Shown here: one piece after another, positions 54,001 to 64,000 of the stretch
Position numbering within the stretch: position 1 is the stretch's first letter
Layout of the letters: each line of letters begins with the position of its first letter
Assembly (NCBI GenBank): GCA_965235115.1
Contig: OZ249436.1
Coordinates: 32,614,001-32,678,000, forward strand
Source of the DNA: Laetmonice hystrix
Taxonomy: Eukaryota
Length of the DNA stretch: 64,000 bases
Direction: 5' to 3'
Program-made: the position numbers and the translations under genes
The notes under the pieces: generated by a model
Told to the model about the DNA's origin: nothing
The model's database searches: none
Seen by the model: the letters and a program-made list of their open reading frames with translations, nothing else

Positions 54001-56062
54001 ATGTCATTCTGAAAGGTAGGAGATTGTTTTAAATTACATAGGTAAGAGACATTTATACTTGCATGCCATGGGTAGACACAGAAGTTTATCTCTGAGCAAG
54101 GTCATTTACATTTGTTTATAGAAATCTGTTTTCTTACCGGGGTACCACTTCATAGTATGGCATACTCCTTTAGTACTGGGGTACAGGTATGCTCCCCTCC
54201 TTGCAATGTCAAATTTTTCTGATATCTTTCAGATCCAATCAAAGCATTGGACTTTCATGGAGAAACCTCATATGAGCAAGGAGATGTTTTACAAGGCAAC
54301 CTGTCTTGCCAGGGCAGGTAGGCAGATCTACAAACTCCTCCAAAGTATATTGGATACTGGTTGAGTTGAATTGCATTTTTAGTACCCCCCCCCCAATGCG
54401 AAGGCGCTTTTACCCTCCGTCCATACATACGTCTGTAGACAGCGATTTCTTAAATACTGCTACAGTTGCTATTATTGACAGATAGGAAGACTAACTACTC
54501 CCTACCTGGTCGGGGCTGTGGCTCTGCTGGGGTCTTGTTTACATTGCATTGTAAAGTTGTTAGATTGAGGCAAATTATATTTTGATTTCTCAACAGAAAA
54601 GTTTAATTTTGCATTTTATTTGTGGTATTGATATGACCAAGTTGGTTGAAAATTAAATATGATGATATTTCCCCTCATAGGTCATGCTTATCATTTGAAT
54701 GTGTTGGCATTGCACAATAATGCATGTGAACAAATGTAAAAAAATATAACGTTGAAGAAATGAAGATTTCTTATTTTTTCATATAGCCATATATCGTCTC
54801 ACTTTGCAGCCCCCCATTTGATATGTGTGTCAATGTAACAAGTCCTGATGGAGAACATGTGCAGCAATGTCTACCACCAAACAGTAGCACTTCCTGTCTG
54901 CTGACGATGATATACAAACTTCCACAAGTGGGAAACTACACACTGAATATTGTGGCCTGGAATGACGTCAGCAAGGTCAAAGGTGAAGTTTTTGTGAACG
55001 TGGCAGAACCAGGCAAGTACTGATGCATGGCTGGACTTAAATATCATTTACTCTTGACAAACCTTTGACTCATATAATTTGTTAATAAGTTGATTGTAGT
55101 AGGACGTGTCTGATGATTAAAGGGAAAACGGTTTGTTACTGAATGATACTATTATGTTTCTTAATTTGTGATAGTAATTGTGGTAAGATAAAATATTGTG
55201 TACATCAGAATTGCTAGCCATTCACAGTAAAATGTGTCACTGACAGAACACTTATCATTATATGGGATGGACTAACTTGAGATGGCTATGTAGAATCAGC
55301 CTAGGGAGTAAAGAATCTTTCCGCATTTGAAGATGTACTCCCCATTGCTTTGAAAGTATTATGGAATTGCACAATTTACAAAAAGTATATACATTCACTT
55401 CGAATGTACTTTCCATTTTCTGTCCAAGGCACATTGTTACTGGCAAAAATCATGTATGGATGCTGCCATGTTGTTTGTTTGGGGGGATGTGTTAGGTCTA
55501 TCAGTCAGGGAGGGAGAAAAACGGTGGGAAATAGACTAACAGATGTAACAAAGTAACAAATGGAGCCTACATAAGTTATTGAAGGGAATGTCAAAGCATT
55601 CTGGATGTCATTCTTTTTTATATGTGTACTTCGATTGAAGATTTCACTATCAAATGTTAGGTATGAAATTTGCTGTACATTTTAGCATTCAGGATTAAAG
55701 TTGATTAATTCTCTGTCTTTTCTTTTCTTCCAACACCAGCCCAAACGCACGTAACACCATTCCTGCCTGTAGCATGTATAATCATTGCTATAGGATTCTT
55801 GGCTAGCCTTGGCTATGCATATTATTATGATCGGCGAAAAATCCGCGAAAGTGGCTACGAAACAGCAGATTTCCATTTCCACCCTGCACCTGTTATGCGT
55901 CGTTGGAACAATAGTGCAGCAATGGAGAAGCTACGCAGAGCAGCATCTGTAATTGCAAAATCAGCACGTAATGCATACCAGCGAAGAGTAGCGCCTGTGG
56001 ACCAGTACATCGTCTCCAATGATTTGTCTGTTAATAGTGATTTTGATTATGAAGTCATATAA
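51061..56062 (+). CDS. TMEM130: TMEM130-like type I membrane protein (PMEL/GPNMB/TMEM130 PKD family). Exons 51061-51142, 53056-53394, 53692-54015, 54233-54317, 54810-55012, 55740-56062
   Basis: Hydrophobic N-terminus; NSSPAVMDSNVTFTARL; PKD-like beta domains (YEW..N; GNYTLNIVAWNDVS); LSCQGSPPFDMC; TM helix FLPVACIIIAIGFLASLGYAYYY; cytoplasmic ETADFHF resembling the TMEM130 EVADFDF motif. Start codon is less certain. Confidence 0.75.
51903..52186. mobile_element. MITE with the same TIR as 3830-4194
   Basis: CATACCTGCCAAC / GTTGGCAGGTATG; CATTAG duplicated on both flanks. Confidence 0.85.
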
Positions 56063-59000
56063 TGACGTACTTTGAACCGACAGGTTTTTCTTTCTAATTA
56101 TTTTTTTAAATCAAAGGATAAACCTGTTATATAAATTTCCCCCTCTCTATTTCTAAATAGAGGGATTTTGTTCTAATAAGAAACATTTCAGAAAAGAACA
56201 TTTATTTGTCATATTACATGTATGTAATTTATATTTAGAGAGAGGTCAAAGCGTGGTTTCTGGACATACTGGTATGAAAATTTATTGATCGAGATATCGT
56301 GTGTATCTGTATCCAAAGCCAGATTACAGAAACTTAGAACTGAGAATGGTGGAGGATGGAAAATGCAAAGGCTAACCTCTTTTAGCACAGTAAATATCGA
56401 GGTACTTGCCAGTGCTCTCACTTTATGAGACATGCACACATTTTAAAAAGTCTATTTGTATATTTCAAGGCCATCCAGAATTGCCAAAATGTTTGTGATA
56501 ATTGTGACTCCCTTTATGCAGTCATGTCTTGTTGAGTTTGACACGGGTTTTGGGTATCCATGTGACTAGGAAGGCTTGACAATCCTGTGTACCCATTTAT
56601 ATTTTATGTAGGACATGTTATATTCTGATTACCCTACTTGAAGGAGTATTGCTGCATCGTAAAAGACTGAGGAACAAAAGTATCTAGTATAAAAAGAAGT
56701 TATGTATTTTGGATTTTTTAATGCCAAAGTCAAATTGGACTGACTTCAAGGTTTAAGATACCGGAATATAAACTTATGTTTGTTATATGTCCACGTGTGT
56801 ATTTGGAGAAAGTGATAATAAAATTGTTTACATTTGGTATGTGTGGAATGAACATATGAACAACTCAGAATTTATTATATTCGTAAGGTAAACTTTTGTA
56901 CAATGTAGGCCAAGTTGGATACTGCAATAATGAATGTTCCTGAATGCATGCCTGGTGGAGCACATAGTTTTTAATTAAGCAACCTTTACTTGCCATAATT
57001 AATCTACAGATTCCCCAGGTACAGTACTGGTCCACCACCGGGTTATATTTACCGCTAAACCTGAAATTCAATATTTGTTGTCCACGTTTGATGTTGGACC
57101 TACTGGTACATGGAATACCAGTGGTCAATAAACTTGTGTTTCTTTTTTTAGTGTGCATTCAGTTGATTACGATACTGGTTTTAGTTTACCATTTTATTAT
57201 TGGTAACTGACTATTTTCCTTGTATATATCATGGCAGTCATTGAAGTTTTTAACAGTTAAAAGGAGACCACTGTGTATGTGCCTGACGTATGTAGGTTAC
57301 AGTACTGTCAATGCAATAACTAGTGTGTAAGATATTAAGTATTTGCACAGATACTGAGCTAGTAACTTTATTAATAGTGTCACTTGACATTATTGGCATG
57401 AGCATGATTATGCATGTGATATGAAATATCGCATTTGCACAAGGAGCGATGTCGATATGGTATGTGGATTTAATTATTTTGTACCAGTTAACTGTTGGAC
57501 ATTTAATAACGAAATGCTCAAAGTATTCAGTTACAAAAGACTGCTGGCCGGTTGCAAGAACATTTTGTGAAGTTAATCCCAAGAATGGCTTAACTTACTA
57601 TCTAGCCTATATTTAAGGTTAGGTACGTTTGGTAGGCCTAGTCCTGTTTAATGGAATTCTTTTGTGCTTGGCCAGCGAAATAAGGGCCAATCTCCAAAAA
57701 TGAGAAAAGGCTAGAAAATTCTGACTTTCTGGGAACTGAAAATATGCGTAAATCCACAGATTGGGTTAATCACGAGACTAACTATGTCCTTGCAACCGGC
57801 CATGCAAGACTAAACGACAGTATTGAAGAATTGAAGCGTGTTATAATGTATGATTATATCATGATTATATGTATCTATATGTACCGACTAGTTTTGTGCA
57901 ATAAAGGAGATTTGTCTCAAGATCCTAAGAAACCAGTGCCTTAATATTGCAAATGTAATCAGAACTGGCTCAGCAGGCACAATTATAAAGGATTATTTTT
58001 TAAATCTTCCAACTTTTCGACTTCCCCTATAGCAGTCATGGCATTCGTTCTACGCAAAAGAACAGTTCTCCCTGAGGTCCTGGAAATGTAATCTGCAATC
58101 ATTTCATTTGGAAATTCCACGCAAAAGAAATGTAAAGAGAGTACTGTCTAGAGATCAACGCTGCAGCACCAGAACTCCACTCCACTTCACACGAGGGGGG
58201 GGGGGGGTGAGAAAAATTCAATCGTAACAGATCACGTACAGATATAGGCCTACATCCATCCAGCTCTTTTCCTCATCTAAATTCTTTAAAGTTGGCTTGC
58301 ATGATGTCTGAAACCCATGGCATTGGTTGGGAGAAAGCGAGTTTCCGACTTTTCAACCATCAAATCGGTAAAGTTTCATGACCGCTGCAAAGAGTTGGGT
58401 TGCGGCGGCCGATAGTCTACTACCATCTCAGTCCCAGTGCATGCATGAACTTTGTGTGTGTGTGGGGGGGGGGGGGGGGGGGGGGGCATATAGTTAGAAT
58501 CTCTGGCGCGGAACGAACTCTCGATTTCTTACTGAAATGATAGAATTCGTCAAAGACCCTCCAAGAAGTAGTATCACATGATAGAATGTTGTCACCCGTC
58601 GGCGTGGCGATCAGATTAACTCTTCTGCCCATCATGATAGCACACTTCGTTATGATCTATTATAATATTTTATTGTTTTTGCAACCATTCATATTTACAG
58701 ATAATGAATAACAAAATCCTATCCTATTTACATCAGACATATTGTCCTGGAAGTGATCGATAACAATGCAGCTGTTTGGCTCTGCTTTTGACTGTGGCCT
58801 CGTGAATGAAGAATCTGAGAAAAAACGCTACTTAATCCAACAAGCTCAGAGATTTCAGGTGATACCAACTTCCAAATTTCACATGAACCAATTATAATAT
58901 ATACCGTGCTCTATTGAAATCTTTTACATTTACATATAAATGCATGTATCTGGCTGTCTTTCCCCATACTGGTTGAGTCTACAAATGTAGTCTGCTGACC

Positions 59001-59786
59001 AACATGGGACCCTTTTCACTAAAACGTATACATATTGTCAAGGCAACGATCATACACATATTATTAATGAGTTAACAGAGGAAATAGATCCAATATACAT
59101 TTTCCATAATCCATTCAATACAGCATAACAGATGGGTATACAGTATGTATATCGGGACATTGCTTTTAGTGTATAAATTATGTTAATCAAATGTGAAATA
59201 GGTGGCGACAATACTAACAGGTAGGGAGTCCAAAACATGCAATAAAGCATAAAAGGTATGACACAGGAAAGTTCAATGGCTTTAGACCATCAACTGAACC
59301 TTCTACAGCAAAGTAGTGATCAGCGTTAAAAAACAACAAAGCTTGCACGTCGTAGTCGGAAAAGTTACAATTACTGGACCATCATATGAGTCATAGACTT
59401 GTAACTGGTGAATAGAAGATCTGAAAGAAACTTGGATGGTAAGAATATAGGAACATACCGTAGTTATAACAATTAACAGCTAATGTCCAGGCTCATAGCT
59501 TAACCTTTTTTAACATTGAACTTGTGGATTAAATATTCTTTTCTCAAGATATTTTTACTGTATGTTTTATCACAAATACACATCACAAAATCACAATTAT
59601 GAGTCAATACGAGTGGTAACAGTGAACTGGAAGTGATGGTTTCTGAGGTACTTGCAATTTTCAATAAATGGTGTTGTCTAACTTCATATACAACATGTAC
59701 TACTAAAGTTTAGAAAGACAAGGACTCATTCAGCCACTTTTTAGACAGGTCCGTCAATTACAGTGTGTTCTGTGGCTTTGGTCAGG

Positions 59787-62700
59787 TTACACCTGCAGAA
59801 GTAGAGCGACACCGCCCAGCACCCATTTGGCAGCCTTCTCTTTGGTCTTGAGATTAAAGGTCCAGACATAGGTCGGACCGCGTGACTTTGTCTTGTAGAC
59901 GGGACATTCGTAAATGTTCCGCGTCTCCTGCCTGTCGACGGGGATAGCCTTGATGAACATGACGGGCATGGCAGGCGCCAGTTCCTTCAGTCGCGCCTCA
60001 TTAATCATGCCCGTCTGCGTGTCCCAGCGCGCGCCTTCCATGAACAGACCATGGACATACGCGCCCTCTCGCGGCGGGCTCCCCATGTCCTCCTTGGTCT
60101 TTTTGGTGACGTCACACTGTAGGCACATCTTGTCGAGTGGCCACTCGTTCTTACGGGCCATCTGCTGCATGATGGCTGTCAGGAAGGACTGAGGGTTGAA
60201 GAAGCCAGCTAGCCAGACGGCCGCCGGAAGCTGGAAGTCGGCCACCCACGACTCCAACTCTTTGATACGCAGGAGGAGGTCAGAGTACCACATGCCCAGG
60301 CCGTACAAGGATGGATATGCACGGCGCTGCCATGAGTCGGGGATCGTGTCCAAAAACATAGAGTTGCTCAAATCTTCCATGTCAGCTGTGATTGTCAGCT
60401 CGCCCTGGTGAGAAAAACGGCTTTTTGTTCATTCTCAGCATTTCCAAATCAAACATACAGTTAAATCAAAATGCATGTGCTGGCTTAATTTTGTAATTTT
60501 TCATTAATTGATAAAGAGTGTGACCACACACATTTCCTTTTTAATTCTCTGCGTTTCCCCCGTTTTTTTAAAGCCTCATAAATAAGATATTTTCGCTGTG
60601 ATTAGTGTTTTAGCTTTTAGACTATATCTTCTAATTGTTTACTTGGCTGTAAATTTTATTACCCTGTCCTTTGGAGATTTTGACAAATTCCCTGTGTATT
60701 CCCGGCAGGGATTTCTTGGGGGTCCATCTTCCCTGTTTTCAGTGTTGTGGTCACCCAGCAAAAAGTAAGAACAGAATAATATAACAAACTTACCTTTAGA
60801 CCAAGGTCAAGTTCTTTCAGAGAACGTCTGATTTCATGTGTGAGCGTGTTCATACGCTCTGTCTCCTGGAAGGCGACCACCACATATGGTGTCCGTTCTT
60901 CCACAGGTACTTTAGCCATGATCTCGAACATATTGAACTCCTCTGGTAGTTTCTCCAGGATGTCGTCCAGGATGGATTTTATCTGCAGGAAAAGTTCACT
61001 CGTTATGATAAATAAGTCTTACCTCATGGATGGTTCTGACAGTTCTCAACAATTTATAAAACACTGTTTTGACAGGTTGACAAGTGTTGACAAGCTATAC
61101 TCACCTTTTCCTCCCGGCTCACACCTGCTCCAGCACCTGCTCCAGCATCCCGCGGCTGCATCTCTAGCACAGTACGGAAGAGGCTCTCAGAGGTGATGGT
61201 TAAGAACTCTATCTCGGCATTGGGGTGGAGGCCATACAGGTAGGGGCTCTCTGGTGGCAGCACCTCGTCTATGTACAGGTGATAGCCTTTGTAGTCCGAG
61301 TTGGGTGGCACTGGGAATCCAGGAGCTAGGTAGAGCTCACCCTCAAGCTGATCAAACGAGTAGAATAATGGCAACATTTGTGTCAGTCAGCATTAGTCAA
61401 ATCATTAATGTTTGTTGCATTTATTGAGAAAGAATTTCAAGGAGATTCTTCAATTTATTCAAAACACTGTCTCCTCTTCTTGGAAACAGTTTTAGCATCT
61501 TTGTCTTACAAATAACTATGTTACAAAACTATGCGACTTCACTGACATAAGCAAACATTGCTTTAAAAATTTTAAAATGTTGTGAATTAAGTCACACTCT
61601 TAACCTAAACAAAAGAGGCTCCGAGTCTGATAGCTGTGTCAATATTAAGAATCATTATAGTGTTACCAGTGATAAATGATGATAACTATGTTCTAAAAAG
61701 TACAAGGTGATTATGCATTGGTATTTAATAGCTTGACATTAAATGAAAAAAGGTTTTCTAATGACTAGTGGTAATTAACTTATACAACAACAGCAATGTA
61801 ATATTTTGTCTCCTTGCATGCATTATGATCTCAAAACATCTCCCTTTATGATAGTATATTCAAAGTGGCTCGTATTATTGACCAACGTAGCTGCTACAAC
61901 AATTGCCTGACATCTACCCTACGTTTTTACAATACAATTACAATGTACATGGAGCATCGATTTATATAGTCAAAAATTCTCATGGCTGCCGAAATACCAG
62001 GCCAAATGAAAATGGTGTGCTGATATTTTAAGAGGAAAACTTCCCTCAGCATAGACATAAATATAAAAAGACAATGGTTGCACCTATACATGCATGTGTA
62101 AAAATACAATATTTATGATATTATTAGTTCGTGCAGTGTGAAAGATATATTGAAAAACTATATGGCCGTCTTACCCTTGATAGCTTATCAGATAAGCATC
62201 AAAAAGTACAAACATGGCCGTGAAAATTTACAAAACACTATATTATATCTGCCATGTAGATCATCAGCCATTGAATAAAAATAGACTTCTGCCTTTCTGT
62301 AGCTAAATTCATTCAACAAGACCGACACATGGCACTGTGTATAAGAAATGCTTAATATGGATAAAATGTGGAATCTGTAGGTGTGCGGCAGTCTGAATTA
62401 GATTTGATGTAAATTGTGTGCCAAGACCGTTTGAGCTTCAAATGTGCCAATTCCGTAAAAGGCTATTAAATGCAACATTCCTTTTATATAGGTTTCTTTC
62501 TCTCACGTTTTATGTCATTCTACACTTTCCAGCACTTCTACACTTTCTAGCTGATTTTACGCAATTTTCTATATTCAGGGCCGTTATATGGCATGGGGGG
62601 GGGGGGCTAGGGGGCTTAAGCCCCCCCCCCCCCAATATTTTCAGTGTTGCCTAATAATTATCCTACTATACCAGGGAGCACCTTGGATCTGTTCGTCGAG

Positions 62701-63907
62701 CCCCCTCAATAATTCAATAGCCCCCTCAATAATTTGATGGAAATTATGGGCCTGATATTTGACAGTGACTTTTGGATATGTAATATTAATAACCATTATT
62801 CCTAATAAACTGAATGTTGCATGGTGGTTGAAGACATGGTCTCCTTTCCCTGCCTGGTACCTGTATTATCAAAGTAGAAATAAACACTTGTGGTATATTT
62901 AAGTCCCATCCTTTCCTGAAGAGACCGTGCTTCAACTGCTCACCACTTCCCCCATGTGACTCAAGAGGTCGAGTCTCACACTCACCATGTCAGGGTGCAT
63001 GTATTCCTCCAGGTAGGTCTTGCATAACTTCCGATCCCAGTCATCTGTGATGTGACCTCCATACATGATCTCGCCAAACAGGTAACGTAGATCTTCCCAC
63101 GGTACCTATATTGACAACAAATGAATTCACATACAATACTCAGCATTCACACGTTTATGGTAGAAAATGAAATTATCTAAATTTCTTAGTATGGTACTGG
63201 TACATTTGAGGCAATGTATAATGTATTCTGTTGAAGAAAAGAGAGGGAAGATCAAGGAAAACTTGTGAGAAAATAAAATATTGGTGACCAACATTGCTTG
63301 CATATAATGTACCTTGGCATTAGCTTCAAGATAGTTGTAGAGTACATTCATCGAGATGGTCAGATCTCCAGTGTTGAAAGGATAGCTTCGGTTCCAGCCC
63401 TGGGGGCCAAACTTTCTCCTCTCTGACACCACAGCGTGGAAGTAGCACAGTGCAAACAGGATGCTCTTAAATTCTGTCTCACGGGCGCACATTTCCATCG
63501 TATTCTGTGAAAAGAGTAAAATATAAATAACGTCAAGAGTGACCTGTTTGCCAAGACTTTGGGTACCTCCTACGAAATAACGTTTTTAATCTATGAAAAC
63601 CTCTCAAGGAAGCTACTGCCACATTGATATAACATTGGTTTCACTCTTGATTGCATCCTAAAGAAATGTTTGCACCGACCTGGTTGAAGTTGTCAAGGGC
63701 CTTGTGAAGGTTGGCAAACATGCCAGTGGGTGGCTCGTTAGTGATCTTGATGGATGACTCAAGGATGCCCTGTGGGATGATGTGTGCGTCCCGGGTACCA
63801 GCAGGCTCAGCACTGATGTACACACGGTACGAATCATGCCCGTCCAGGCTGTACTGTTCCAGCTTCTTCTCCAGAGTGCCAAGCCACTTAGCCACCAAGT
63901 GGATGTT
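59787..63907 (-). CDS. Axonemal outer-arm beta-type dynein heavy chain (DNAH9/11/17 family), 3' part. Exons 63907-63680, 63504-63313, 63105-62986, 61347-61105, 60982-60794, 60404-59787
   Basis: [147 protein letters not shown]. Confidence 0.96.
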
Positions 63908-64000
63908 CTGAGTTACAAAAACATTTTTTCTTCACATATGTTGGCATAACGTCATGACATATTCTTTTGCGTTTGAATGGAAAGTATGAAATCTTTTACT

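Overview
Eukaryotic, intron-rich animal genomic DNA. An invertebrate bilaterian is my inference from intron sizes and MITE families; the species is not identified. Six protein-coding genes can be spliced by hand: the 3' part of TECPR1 (+), GRB2/drk (-), UCP4/SLC25A27 (+), NPRL3 (-), a TMEM130-like PKD-family membrane protein (+) and the 3' end of an outer-arm axonemal beta dynein heavy chain (-). GRB2/UCP4 and NPRL3/TMEM130 are head-to-head pairs. Introns carry many short non-autonomous DNA transposons and several tandem arrays. The main candidate system is in the ~7.9 kb GRB2 intron between the SH2 and C-terminal SH3 exons. It holds two near-identical 39-nt phase-0 exons (DPNQASSGYFDRK) and a 9-nt microexon (TSK) that could tune the SH2-cSH3 linker length. 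Also notable: an 87-bp palindromic MITE carrying TCACGTGA in the NPRL3/TMEM130 promoter, an ATG-TGA start-stop 5 nt before the NPRL3 start, loss of the conserved first Trp of the GRB2 SH2 domain, and a GC-AG intron in TMEM130. No prokaryotic systems, CRISPR arrays, rRNA or intact tRNA genes were seen. All exon models are manual and lack transcript support.
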